Assembly: GCA_038087875.1 (NCBI GenBank)
Contig: CM075988.1
Span: forward strand, 5,394,001 to 5,458,000
Source: Malacoraja senta
Taxonomy: Eukaryota
Length of the DNA stretch: 64,000 nt
Direction of reading: 5' to 3'
This document shows, one piece after another, positions 25,730-38,770 of this stretch. Position 1 is the first letter of the stretch; every line of letters starts with the position of its first letter. The notes below the pieces were generated by a model, which saw only the letters and a list, made by a program, of their open reading frames with translations, was not told where the DNA came from and searched no databases. Both the position numbers and the translations under genes were made by a program.

Positions 25730-26474
25730 TATAGACTGGGACTGGATGACAAGTATCCCGACAGGCTTTGTGAGGATGTTACTAGCTAGAGATAGAGGGA
25801 GCGAAATGCTGGAACCAGGAGAACCAAGAAGAGCAGTGAAAATGGTCACGTCATTGACGTCTGGTTGGAGCAGAGCTGAAGGTAACTTCACGCTAGGCAG
25901 TACGGCCTTGAGAAGATAAGGTGCCTGAACGGACAGTTTGCAAAATAACTATAATGAGAAAGAGATATGAACAGACAATGTAATTAAGAACGCTCTAGCC
26001 TGATAAAGAACGAAGATGTGTTTTGTTTATTCAGCCCTTGGAGGAGTGACAACTTGAAATGATCGACTTTAAAGTCATGAGAGCCTTGAGTTCGAACAAA
26101 GGCTTCCTTTGGAAGATGGAAGGAAAATTAGTATAAAAGAAGGGCAGTCCCGAGACATCGGCTGCGACAAAGAGGGAACAACCATCACAAGAATAAGGGC
26201 CCTGAGTTTGAAACTCAGAGAAGAATACCCCCTACCAACAGAGTGAACCTGGCCAATTCATTCATACGGGTAATACCTGACTCCAAGTCATGTGTTTTGT
26301 GATTTAGTTTAAGAAGTGATAAGTTGAAATAGTAAAGTAAATGAGAAGTTATTAGAAGTCAATTGTTTGCATGCATGTTTAAGTTACTCGAGCGTTAATA
26401 AAGATTAAGTTGTACTTAACCTTGGTTTTGTTCGACACGTCAGTTGATACCCTATGGAGGTAATAGGGTCAACA
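25730..26474 (+). mobile_element. 3' LTR of the env-bearing element
   Basis: PPT AAAGAGGGGA at 25718-25727; termini TATAGAC...GTCAACA (decayed TG...CA inverted ends); TATAAAA at ~26132; AATAAA at ~26397. Confidence 0.7.
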
Positions 26475-26655
26475 ATACCTTGAGTGTGCAAGCAAAGAAT
26501 CGCACTGTGACTTGTCACATGTGACAATAAAGTATTCATTTATTCATTCATTCATTCATTCATTCATTCTTAAATCCTATTGCTCTTGCTCTCCTTCACC
26601 CAATGGCACATATGAGTTGCACGAGAACCCTCCCCACACACCCCACCATTCCTTA

Positions 26656-27269
26656 AAGGCCTGTCCCACTTGAGCGTAATTTGCACATCATTTACGCGAC
26701 AGGCCGGTAGTGACTGTCGCGCGAAAATTGTCTAGCAGTACGGCAGTCTTGCGCCAAGTGCTCTTGAGTGCCTTGCTTCTTTTGGGAGCCATTTGCGATA
26801 TCGTTCGTACTTAGTCCGATCCCCATGGCAAGGATTTTCCCAGTGATAATCAAAGATACTATGGTGAAAATTTTTCAAAACTACGCGCGCTTTATACCCG
26901 TGTGGTCACGTGGTGCGGTGCTCAAATGACGCGCAAATGGCACGCAGACGGTGTACGGTCGGCACATGGTTACAGACGTTGACACACGGTGACGCATAAT
27001 AAATTAGCATAGGCAATGTTCATGCATCACCGTGCATAACCATGCGTCACCACGCGCTACACGTGTGCCGTCAGTACGTCAGCGTCCACAAGGGATACGT
27101 CACGCAGGTGGCGCGTGAGGATTTTGAGCATTGCAAAATCCTGGGGCGCCGCGTGTTACTGCGCATCACTGCATACGCCACCATGCCTCACCAGCGCCAT
27201 GTGCGCGTCACCACGCGCCAACCAATTTTTAGGATGTCGCGCAAATGACGCCCAAGTGGGACAGGCCCT
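26656..27269. mobile_element. PIF/Harbinger-type MITE (CpG-rich)
   Basis: TIR AAGGCCTGTCCCACTTG / CAAGTGGGACAGGCCCT; TTA TSD on both sides. Confidence 0.85.
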
Positions 27270-27851
27270 TTACTTTCCTCTACATTACTTTACATTACTC
27301 ACCGCCCAACCACCCATTACTTACTTCCCTCAATGAGAGAAGGGGTAAGTTTCCAAATGTGGGATTGGAATTTGCACCACTTCTACCAATCTAACTAAAC
27401 TCTCTCTCCACAAATGTTGTTTAATTTTATAGACAATTCTGCTGTTCTCTGCTCTTTTTTTAAAATTTCAGATTTCCGATATCTGTAGTTCTCTTTTTTT
27501 GTGCTTTTTGATTGATTGGTTGACTGAATTAAAGATACAGCAAGGAAATAATCCATTGAGTTCATTCAGACCATCGATCACCTGTTCACACTAGTTCTTT
27601 GTAATCCCACTTTCTCATCCACTCCCTGCACACAGAGGGCCAATTAGTAACCTATAAACACGCTCGTCTTCAGAATGTAGGTAGGAAGGAAACCCATATA
27701 GTCACAAGGAAAAGGTGCAAATTCCACGCAGGCAGCACTAGAGGTCAAGATCGAATCCGAGCCTGGTGCAGTGAAACAGCAGCTCCACCAACTGCACCGG
27801 TGAGATGTCCTGTGTAGACAGAGAAGGAATCAGTGATTCCCCAAAGGAGGT

Positions 27852-28144
27852 AGACACAAAATGCTTGAGTAACTCAGCAGGTCAGGCAGCATCTCTGGAG
27901 AGAAGGGATGGGTGACGTTTCGGGTCGCGACCCTTCTGCAGACTGATGTCAGGGGAGTGGGCGGTACAGAGATAAAATGTAGTCGGAGACAGTAAGACTC
28001 GTCAGAGAACTGGGAAGAGGGAGGGGATCAAGAGAGATCGTCACCCATTCCTTCTCTCCAGAGATGCTGCCTGTCCCGCTGAGTTACTCCAGCATTTTGT
28101 GTCTATCTTTGATTTAAACCTGCATCTGCTGTTCTTTCCAACAC
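27852..28144. mobile_element. Penelope-derived foldback element
   Basis: Inverted arms; near-identical 16 bp TSD (27836-27851 / 28145-28160); degenerate hammerhead core on minus strand ~27914-27941. Confidence 0.8.
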
Positions 28145-29143
28145 ATTCCCATAAGGAGGTTGACAGTGGACTTCTGAGGCAGGAGCTTCAGTTGGGGAAA
28201 TGAATGGGTTATTCACAGGAAGGAGGGGTAGAGGGGCTTAATGTCAGCTCTGATAAACAGTGCTGGAGTAATCAACGGGTCAGACAGCATCTGGGGATGT
28301 AATAGACAGATGATGTTTCAGGTCAGGACAATTCTTCAGATTGATTGGAATAAGGAAGAGGACTGGAAAAGACGACTGAACAAGATCCCACCTAAAAAAC
28401 AGCTAATAATGACCTGTTTCCTTTATCACGGTTGCCTTTTTGCATATCTTTCATTCATTGTTCTATATCTCTCTATATCACCGTCTATATCTCTCGTTTC
28501 CCTTTCCCCTGACTGTCAGTGTGAAGAAGGGTCTCGACCCAAAATGTCACCTTTTCTCCAGAGGTGATGTCTGATCCGCTGAGTTACTCCAGCTTTTTGT
28601 GTCTTTCACTGTAAAATAGAGGTGGGGGGGGGGGGAGGGGTGGCAGGACAAAGCCTGGCAAGTGATAGGTGGATACGTTGAGAGGAGTTTGATCAGTAGA
28701 TGGGAGGAGTAAATGACAAAGGCTGGTGGAGAAAACAGACAAAGGGGTGTCAAAAAAAGGAGAGTAGAGGAGGAGTGTATTAAAGGGATGTGAGTGGAAG
28801 GGGACAGGAGGAAGGGAAAGAGTTGGAATAAAAGGGAAATGGGAGGTTGGGGGATGGAAGATAATGAATAGGATGACTGAGGGGGTGTGGGTGAGAAAAC
28901 GGGAGCACCTCTTTTTCATTATCAGCTGTTGAATTATGATTGTTTTAATCACGCAATCTCGAATATTTTGCAGAATAAGGAATGATGGTTTGTTTTTGTT
29001 TCAAAAATAATCTCCATCAGGTGTTCTACACTGGTGGATGAAACCACATTATGGGTTTGTATGAATGCAAAGGGGAAAGGGGTCCCACACGGTTTACCAT
29101 TCTTAGATATTCTTCCTCATCAATAGCACTAACCTGATCTGCT

Positions 29144-29378
29144 GATAGACACAAAAAGCTGGAGTAACTCAGCGGGTCAGGCAGCATCTCCGGAGAAAAG
29201 GAATAGGTGACGTTTCAGGTGGAGATCCTTCTTCTCACTTTCTTTTCTGAGGAAGGGTCTCGACCCGAAACATCACCTATTCCTTTTCTCCAGAGATGCT
29301 GCCTGACCCGCTGAGTTACTCCAGCTTTTTGTGTCTATCTTCGGTTTAAACCAGCATCTGCAGTTCCTTCCCACACAT
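29144..29378. mobile_element. Penelope-derived foldback element
   Basis: Inverted arms; TSD CTAACCTGA(T/C)CTGCT at 29129-29143 / 29379-29393; hammerhead core at 29247. Confidence 0.85.
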
Positions 29379-30531
29379 CTAACCTGACCTGCTAGTTTAA
29401 TGCAACAACATGCTGTACCATTGCTTAAATTAATTCTCTTGCAGTCAATAGAACTGAAATGTGGGAACAAAGTTCAGGGTACAATCACTGCTGCAGACAA
29501 GGAATGAATTTCTTGACATACAAGGCTTCAAGGCACTCATTCACTCACTGCCTCAGTTCTCTGCTTCAGACTCTGTGTTTAAAGTTTAAGAAAATCTGTT
29601 TCCCCTGTGGGAAAAAAAACCAGGCACAGCGTTCTACAATTGTGAACATAGGAATGAGCCAAAAAGAGGTCAGTGTGACTGATATATGACGCAGTCAAAC
29701 TTCAATTGAGTGTAGTTATTTGAAAATTGGAACATCATAAATTAATCACTTTAATTACTTTGCTCTTTCTATCCAATCAACCGATCTATAATTCTTTCAA
29801 CAAAGTTTATTTGCCCCTTGATAGTTTTGAAATGTTCATTTAATCCTTCACATCATTAACAGAACTAACATGGACATAAATGAATTATTCCTCCAGAAAT
29901 TCTTCACACCATCAGATAGCTTACTGAAGATAGGATTTAACAGTTTGCACAAACTATGCTCTGGTGCTGGGAATCATATTGGCTTCTGCATGTGGAATAA
30001 GTCTCTCCATTTGATGTGGATTCTGTATTTCCAGCTAGAATCTGAAAGATCTACCATCTAAAACACTCTGCCAGACTTTACCTTTTCCACACATAAATGA
30101 ATATCCTCTTGGTTCTTGTTGTGTTTCAAGTTTATGTTTTTATTGAGTGCTTCAGTTAAAATGCCCTCGTTAGGGTTACATTCAAGGCCTGTTTTAAGTA
30201 TATTGGTGACAAGGAATCCATCTTTCAAGTCACAGCATGGAAAAGTGTAGTGTGTTCGGTATTCTGATTTGTGTGCAGGTGGAAACTGATTCCACCTAGC
30301 AGTAATCCCAATTCCCACATCACAATATATCCTGTATATTACCCAGAAAAAAAGTGCTAAAGTAACTCAGCAGGGCAGGCAGCATCTCTGGAGAACATGG
30401 ATGGCCACATTTCAGGTCAGGACCCTTCTTCAGACCGTTCACCCCCTACCACAATCAGTCAGAAGAAGGGTCCCGATCCCAAACATCATCTCTCTATGTT
30501 CTCCAGAGATGCTGTGTGACCCACTGAGTTA

Positions 30532-30898
30532 AGGGTCTGTCCCACTAAACAGCAACCTCTGGTGACCTTGCCCGCCACCCAAGGTTTCCATGAGGTCACC
30601 GGAGGTTTTGGTCACTCTCCCTAATGGTCGAAAGTGGTCCACGTGGTCGAGGCTTCATCTAGGTCGCTGCTATTTTTTCATCATGATTAAAACCGGCCTC
30701 GACTAAAAATAGGTTGCCGTTTTAAAATCCATAATTTTTTTGTTGCATATCTAGTCGAAGCCGGTTTTCTTCATAGTCGAGGAAGGTCTTCAACATATGC
30801 GTGGGAGGTGGCAGGTCACCTCGACCATGATTTTTTTTTGGGTGGCGGGCAATGTCACCTGATGTTGCTGTTTAGGTCTCCTAAGTGGGACAGGCCCT
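30532..30898. mobile_element. PIF/Harbinger-type MITE (family A) inserted in a Penelope-derived foldback element (~30350-30950)
   Basis: TIRs; splits GAGTTA|CTC.AGCA motif of the host repeat; sequence nearly matches 9254-9633. Confidence 0.85.
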
Positions 30899-31464
30899 TA
30901 ACTCTAGCACTTTGTGTCTTTTTTTTTGCAAACCAGCCTCTGCAGTTTTTTGTGTCTGTATGTTTCCCAGTTCAATGCTAATGGGCGTACAGACTAGATT
31001 ATGTTGGCAAAACTGTTGAAACATCAAAGATGCAGTTATTTTCCTGCAATTCACTGGGCTAACTATACTTTTTAACTTGCAAATCTCATAAACAAAGTAG
31101 TCAATACAGACAGCTCTACTGTTTTGTTTTCGTGCAGCAGCATTTCACCATTCCTTCAGCTTTGTTTTTCTGGATTAGTGCATTGATTACCCATGGAGTT
31201 CACTGAAGAAAATGAAGCCCGAAAATCAATAGTATAAATTAATCTTATTAAGCATTTTAATTGTGACTGCCAATCAAACACCTTGCGCAAAAACAGAACA
31301 AATATAAGATTCAAGACTCTTTCTTCCAGGTGAAAACTACTGTCGGTGATTTTAAGCTTTAGAATTATTTTCACCTTCTTCCTTTTATCTTTCTCTCATA
31401 ATCACAGCTTTCATTCCCTCTTATGTCTCTTTCAGATCATGATTAATGTTGCATCACGCTTCTT

Positions 31465-32105
31465 CGAGGGAAGTAATGCTGAGGCTTCATAAGGCACTGG
31501 TCAAACCAGAGTATTTGGTGTGTCGTGAGCAGTTTTGGGCCCCATACCTAAGGAAGGATGTGCTAACGTTGGAGAGGGTCCAGAGGAGGTTTACGAGAAT
31601 GATCCCAGGAATGATTGGGTTCCGTATGATTCCCAGGGATGATTTGGTTAATGTATGATGAGCGTTTGAAGGCACTGAGCCTCTACTCGCTGGAGTTTAG
31701 AAGGATTAAGGGGGACCTCATTGAAACTTCCCGAATAGTGAAAGGCCTGGATAGGGTGCATAGAGTGGATGTGGAGAGGATGTTTCCACTAGTGGGAGAG
31801 TTTGGACCAGAGGCCACAGCCTCAGAATAAAATCACATACCTTTAGAAAGGTGATGAGGAGGAATTTCTTTTGTCAGAGGGTGGTGAGTCTGTGGCGAGT
31901 CATTGCCACAGAGGGCTGTGGTGGCCAGGTTGATGGATATTTTTAAGGTGGAGATTGACAGATTCTTGATTAGTAAGGGTGTCAGGGGTTATGTGGAAAA
32001 GGCAGGAGAATGGGGTTGAGAGGGAAAGATAGATCAGCAATGATTGAATGACTTGATGAGCCAAATGGCTGAATTCTGCTCCTAAAACTTATGAACTCAT
32101 GAACT
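31465..32105 (+). mobile_element. CR1 LINE 3' fragment
   Basis: QFWAPYLRKDVLTLERVQRRFTRMIPG; LYSLEFRR..GDLIE. Confidence 0.9.
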
Positions 32106-32949
32106 AATTAACTTTTCTGTTCTCTCTTTTACTACTTCCCAATGTTTAGTACGAGTGGAAATGAAAATACAGAGATGGCTCCGCAGCTTATACTACATCA
32201 GAATTCTCACCTCAGTTTTCAGGGTCATTAAAGAGAATACAAGATATTTTGACAGATCTATGGACAGGAAGGGTTTTAAAGGCTATGGACCTAATGCAGC
32301 CAAATGGGATTGGCCTGATATGCCAACTGGGTTGGCATGGACAAGATGGGCTGAAGGGCCTATTTCCATGCTGTACAGCTCGATGACTACTAACCTGAAG
32401 AATGTGGATTATGACTCATTTAGCTCATAATGCACAGATTCTGCAGGGTAGTAGTCATAGAGCTGTACAGCATGGAAATAGACCATTCACCGCCATCTTG
32501 TCCATGTCATTCCCTCAGAACGAAAGTGTTTTTTCCATGAGACTTTTGATGTTGAAAAGCACAATAGTAAAGGCACGGTGCATCGGTTAAACTGACACTA
32601 ATGAACTAATGTTTTGTATTAAATAAATCAACAGATTGCCTGATTGCATTGAACTTGAATTAAATTTCAATGCCAAGGAATTTGCTGCAATAATTGTGCA
32701 GTTTATACGTGTATTCAGTATTTTTCTGAAGTCTGATGGAAACAAGTGAAATGGAGCAATATCAGTCGATACAATTGAGAAGCCACTTATATTAATTAAG
32801 AATAAATTGTATCGTTGTAATGACAAGAGCATAATGGGATAGAAAATGTTGCCATCCAAACATGTCTTCCTGGTGAACCAATGTTCTTCTGATCTAGCTG
32901 ACTGCATTCAGTGCACATGGTGTAGTCTTTCCAAGACTGGAGAAACCAA

Positions 32950-33161
32950 GTGTGTAAGAATTATCTGCAGATGTAGGTTTAAACTGAAGAGAGACACAAA
33001 AAACTGGAATAAGTCGGCGGGTCAGACAGAATCTCTGGACGTTTCGGGTCGAGACCCTGAAGAAGTCTGAAGAAGGGTCCCGACCAGAAATGTCACCTAT
33101 TCCTTCTCTCAAGAGATGCTGCCTGATCCGCTGAGCTACTCCAGCTTTTTGTGCCTATCTT
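32950..33161. mobile_element. Penelope-derived foldback element
   Basis: 13 bp TSD CTGGAGAAACCAA (32937-32949 / 33162-33174); inverted arms; hammerhead core at 33067. Confidence 0.8.
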
Positions 33162-33262
33162 CTGGAGAAACCAAATGTGGGTTGGCTGTTTGAAAATTTT
33201 AAGAACTACAAATCTAAAAACACTCAGTGGAGATGCTGCCTGACCCACTGAGTTGCTCAAGC

Positions 33263-33488
33263 AGGTACACAAAAATGCTGGAGAAACTCAGCGGGTGCAG
33301 CAGCATCTATGGAGCGAAGGAAATAGGTAACGTTTCGGGCCGAAACCCTTCTTCAGACTGAAGAAGGGTTTCGGCCCGAAACGTTACCTATTTCCTTCGC
33401 TCCATAGATGCTGCTGCACCCGCTGAGTTTCTCCAGCATTTTTGTGTACCTTCGATTTTCCAACATCTGCAGTTCCTTCTTTAACAAC
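33263..33488. mobile_element. Young Penelope-derived perfect palindrome with back-to-back hammerhead cores
   Basis: 94 bp arms 33263-33356 and 33358-33451 are exact reverse complements; 14 bp TSD GAGTTGCTCAAGCA (33250-33263 / 33489-33502). Confidence 0.92.
33358..33388 (+). ncRNA. Minimal type I hammerhead ribozyme motif (mirror copy on minus strand 33326-33356)
   Basis: CTGAAGA-A-GGG-TTTCGG-CCC-GAA-ACGT-T: catalytic core, stem II, palindromic ACGT stem III, UH site. Confidence 0.7.
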
Positions 33489-33739
33489 GAGTTGCTCAAG
33501 CACTTTGCTTCATTTTTCCTGAAACATTAACTCTGGTTCTATTTCCACAGATGCTGCCTGACATGCTGAGTGTTTCCAGGTGAGTGGATGATTATGTTGT
33601 GGAGCATCTCTGTTCAGTCAAAAGAGATGACCATGAACATCCCGCTGTAGCTCCTAATCCTACACCTACTCTAATCTGCATGTGTGGCTTCCTGCAGTGT
33701 ATTAACAAAGTGAGACATACACTCCATGAATAACATTAA

Positions 33740-34170
33740 GACTGTACCACATAGGAGCAGAATTAGGCCATTCAGCCCATCGTGACAGTTCCGCCATTCG
33801 ATCATGGCTGATATGGTTTGCTCTTTAAATCCCATTCTCAATAGACAATACGTGCAGGAGTAGGCCATTCGGCCCTTCGAGCCAGCACCGCCATTCAATG
33901 TGATCATGGCTGATCATCCCCAATCAGTACCCCGTTCCTGCCTTCTCCCCATATCCCCTGACTCTGCTATCTTTAAGAGCCCTATTTAGCTCTCTCTTGA
34001 AAGTATCCAGAGAACCGGCCTCCACCGCCCTCTGAGGCAGAGAATTCCACAACTCTCTGTGGGAAAAAGTGTTTCCTCGTCTCCGTTCTAAATGGCTTAC
34101 ACCTTATTCTTAAAACTGCCTTTTCCCCGTAACCTTTGACACCCTTACTAATCAAGAACCTATCAGTCTC
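33740..34170 (-). mobile_element. Nested CR1 LINE 3' fragments
   Basis: Two CR1 3' UTRs, one inside the other; RIR.KPFRTE.RKHFF.QRVV. Confidence 0.85.
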
Positions 34171-35516
34171 GTATTTCATTGCACAACTAGATAATTTGGT
34201 AGTTCTCTATAATTAATATTAATTTCAACAATTTCAAATAACCAGCCTCTCCACTTTCGTCAGAATAAAAATGTTCGTATTTATATTGGTTTATTTTTAT
34301 CACATGTACTGGTATACAGTGAAAAGCTTTTGTTTACATGCTATCCAAACAAATCAGATGATACTGTACATGAACCTGAGACCTGGGTTCCATCCTGACT
34401 ATGAGTGCTGTCTGTACGGAGTTTGTATATTCTCCCCGTGGGTTTTCTCCAGGTGCTCCGGTTTCCTCCCAAATTCTAAAAACGTACAGGTTTGTAGGTT
34501 AATTGGCTACAGTAAAGATTGTAAATTGTCCCTAGTGTGTTGGATAGTGCTTGCGTACAGGAATCGTTGGTCGGCACAGAATTTGTGGGCTAAAGGGCCT
34601 GTTTCTGCGCTAAACTAATCAAAAGTAAAGTATCGAGGCAGTGTAGTACGTGTACTCCAGAAGAAAAAACTAGCGGATGAAAACTTAGCTGGTCCAGCAG
34701 CATCTATGGAGGGAAAGGAATTGTCAATGTTGAGTCCCTGCATCAGGACTAAGAGTGGAGAGCGACGAGAGCCAGCACAAAAGGGGGGAGAAGGGGAGGG
34801 GTGCGACAGAGGTCATTAAGTGGTTCCAGGAAAGGTTAAAGATGCCACTGCAGACCAGTGTGCTCTATCTGCAATGTGCATCCAGAGCTCCCAGCTGCAA
34901 GCCATGGAAATTCCCCTCCCCATCCCCACACCGACCAGTCTATTCTCAGCCTTCTCCATTGACAGGGTGAGGCACAAACTAAAAGGACAACACTTCATGG
35001 GTAGTCTACAACCCAATGGAGTGAATATTGTACTTTCCAGTTTCTGGTAACCCTTATTCCCTGCATTCGCCTCACTCTCCCCCTTCCCCTTCTCCTTCAG
35101 ATCCACCCTTGTTTATGTTCCCTTTCCCAAAATACCCAACACCCGTTTTTATCCACCTCCCCATCCTGGTTCCATCCACCTATCACTCACATGCCACATC
35201 CCACCGGATCCTCTCCCCCATCCAGTCTCATCTCTCCCTTGAATGGTTCCCATTATCACCTTTCTTACCTGTAGATTTTGTGTGTGTCCACTTATCACCC
35301 TCCAGCCTCCAACTTCACCTTTCCCTTCGCTCCAGCTTGCTCCATCCGTCCCCTTTTTCTTGTCTGCTTCCACCTGTCTCCCAACGCCATCTCCTTCCCC
35401 ACCTCTCACTATCAGCCTATCATTCCTCAACTCTCCCCGGTCCACATATTTCCCACCAGCCCCTATCTCATCCATTCTCCATCGTCATCAAATAGTTACG
35501 TGACCTCCAAGAGGAT

Positions 35517-36580
35517 GCACAGCGGCGCAGTGTTAGAGTTAGTGCCTTGTATGGTGGTGTCGTGGTAGAGTTGCTGTCTGACATGCCAGGAGCTCAGGTT
35601 CGATCCTGATTATATGTGGTGTCTGGATGGAGTTTGTATGTTCTCCCTGTGACTGCGTGGGTTTTCTTCAGGTGCTTCGGTTTCCTCCCACATTCCAAAG
35701 ACGTGCAGGTTAATTACCTTCTGTAAATTGACCCCAGTTAGTAGGACAGATCTGGTGTAGGGGTGATCATTGGTTTCAGTTTTAGTTTTAGTTTTGGAGG
35801 TACAGCATGGAAACGGTCCCTTCAGCCCACTGGGTCTGCACCGACCAGCGACCCCTGCACACCAACAATATCCTAAACACACTAGGGACAATTTACACAC
35901 ACATACTAGGGACAATTTTTACATTTACCAAGCCAATTAATCTACAAACCTGTACGTCTTTGGAGTGTGGGAGGAAACCGAAGATCTCAAAGAAAACCAA
36001 CGCGATTCACGAGGAGAACGTACAAACTCCAAACAGACAGCACCCGTAGTTGGGATCGAACCCAGGTCTCCGGCACTGCTAGCGCTGTAAGGCAGCAACT
36101 CTACCACCATGCCACCCTGTGACGCAAACATAGTGGTTCAAAGGGCCTGTTTCCATGCTGTATCTCTAAACTACATATATCTCTTTTCATGTCCATAAGT
36201 TCCAAAAGCAGAATTAGGCCATTCGGCTCATCATTTTTTCCGCCATTCAATCATGGCTGATCTATCTGTCCCTCTCATCCCCATACTACCACTTTCTCCG
36301 CATAATCCCTGACATGGAACAGCATGGTGGCGCAGCGGTAGAGTCACTGCCTTACAGTGCCAGAGCCCTGGATCCTGGGTTTGATCCTGACTAAGGGTGC
36401 TTGTCTGCACGGAGTTTGTTCGTTCTCCCCGTGACCTGCGTGGATTTTCTCCGAGATCTTGGTATAAATGTAAATTGTCCCTTGTGTGTGTAGATAGTGT
36501 TAGTGCGTGGGGATCGCTGGTCGGTGCGGACTCGGTGGGATGAAGGGCCTGTTTCCGCGCTGTATCTCTAAACTAAACAA
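35517..36580. mobile_element. Cluster of three HE1/V-SINE copies (+, -, +) and a CR1 tail
   Basis: SINE boxes and tails at ~35517-35770 (+), ~35775-36118 (-), ~36320-36580 (+). Confidence 0.8.
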
Positions 36581-37489
36581 CTAGACACCCGTACTAATCA
36601 AGAATCTGTCAATTTCACAGACTTGCCTCCCTCTCCACCCTCAGTCCTACCGCAGGGCCTTGATCCAATATGTCAACCGTTCCTTTCCCTCCACATATGC
36701 TGCTTCAATCGCTGGGTTTTGTTTTTTGCCCCTGATTTCAGCACCTGCAGTCTCAACGTCAGTGTGCAATATAAAATGTTTCTCTTCTCCCTGCTGTCTA
36801 ATCTGATGAGTATTTCCAGTAATCGATTTTATTTCAGATTTGTCTTGTTTTATATTGTACAGTCAAGCAGGGGTTTTCTACATTCTCTGCCCCTTTCATC
36901 TCCTTCGATCTCTTCTCCAGACAACAGATCTGCTGAAACAACCAACCCTCGCACTCTCTCTCAGGCCAGCACTATCATTTCCATCACCATCTCCCTGAGC
37001 CTCTACTCTTTAAGAGATAATCCCTCTTTTCACCCCACATGATCCACTTGTAAAAAACAACTTGAAACACAGTTCACTTCCAATTTTGCCTACTTCCATA
37101 AAAGTCACCAACCTAAAATGTTTACGCTGTTCCTCTCCCCACGGATTCTTTATATTGCCTGCTGGCAGCAAGCCCTTTGTTTGATTTTCAACAAAGCTCT
37201 TAACTGTTCCCTGATAAATCCAAGAAGAAATTCAATATCAATTCCTTTACTGAGAGAGAGGTGGAAATGTGCACATTTCTTTCACAAGGATTTCCGCGAC
37301 CTAATAGTATAGATGGGAGCTCAATATGTTTTGGTTTAGGCTTTTTATTGTCATATGTACCGAGATACAGGGAAAAGCTTTGTTTTGCATGCTATTCAAT
37401 CAAATCAGGTGATACCATACACAAATACAGTCAAGCCAAACTCAAGTTCAATAGGTGCAATAGCCACGGAAAAGATACAGAGTGCAGAA

Positions 37490-37711
37490 GATAGACACAA
37501 AGTGCTGGAGTAACTCAGCGGGTCAGGCAGCATCTCTGGAGAAAAAGGATGGTTGGGACCCATCTTCAGAAGTTCATCGGGTCTGAAGAAGGGTCCCGAC
37601 CTGAAATGTCACCCATCCTTTTTCTCCAGAGATGCTACCTGACCCGCTGAGTTACTCCAGCACTTTGTGTCTATCTTCGGTATAAACCAGCATCTGTAGT
37701 TCTTTGTTTCA
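37490..37711. mobile_element. Penelope-derived foldback element
   Basis: 13 bp TSD ACAGAGTGCAGAA (37477-37489 / 37712-37724); inverted arms; hammerhead core at 37583. Confidence 0.85.
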
Positions 37712-38770
37712 ACAGAGTGCAGAACATCATTCTCAGCGATGAATCGCATCAGTTCCAGAGACGTCCAGGTTCTGCAAAGACGTCGAGGTGAAACAGAAAG
37801 TACCCTGGCACAAGGAAGGACCATTCAGAGGCCTGATAGGAGAGGGAGAGAAAGCGTTCCTGAGTCTGGCAATCCGCACTTTCAAGCTTCTGTACCTTTT
37901 GTCAGAAGGGAGCAGGGAGAAAAAGGGATGACTAGTGTTGGGACAACTCTTTGATTATGTTGTCTGCTTTTCCGATAATGACATGGACTAAGGTCCACAA
38001 AGGATGAGATGAAGAGTGGTGAGATGGGGTTAACAGTGGATGGAGCTGTTGAGCTGAACTTGCCATGAATATTTATCGTTTCATGAGCAGGAACGATGCC
38101 ATATTGAAAGCATCATAATGCAGAAATAAATGTCGTTGTTAAGTGCTAAATGAGTAATGTAGAAAATCATGTGCCAAGGGTCTATCTGTGATTGTCATAG
38201 GGTCATACAGCAAAGAAACAAGTCCTCCAGCCTAACCTGCAGATGCCTACCAAGATACTCCATCTACACTAGTTCCACCTGCCTCTGTTTGGCCCATATC
38301 CCTCCAAACACTTTCCTATCCACGTACCTGTCCAAATGTCTTCTAAGTATTATTATAGTACCTGCCTCAATTACCTCCTCATTCTATACACCCATCACCT
38401 TTTTACGCCCATGTGTAAAAATGGTGCCCCTCAAGTTCCTATGAAATCTATCCCCTCACACCTTTAACCTATGTTGTCTGGTTTTTGTGAAGGAAGGAAC
38501 TGCAGATGCTGGTTCACACCGAAGATAGACACAAAATGGTGTAGTAACTCAGCATTTCAGGATCTTGTATCCAGAGATGCTGTCTGTTCCATTGAGTTAC
38601 TCCAGCATTTTGTGTCTATCCTCTGGTTCTTGATTCCACTACTTTAGGTGCTCTAGGTAAATGTGCATTTACCCCTTATGATCCTCTTATGAACTTTTAC
38701 ACCTCTATAAGATCACCCCTCATCCTCCTGCCCTTCAAGGAATAGACCTAGCCTGCACAACCTCTCCATA

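Noticed and set aside
30042..30081. GT-AG intron extending the 30 kb candidate exon
   Set aside because: Only 40 nt, too short for a typical vertebrate intron.
35028..35503. Pro/Ser/Leu-rich ORFs
   Set aside because: Pyrimidine-rich low-complexity tail of a decayed Penelope fragment.
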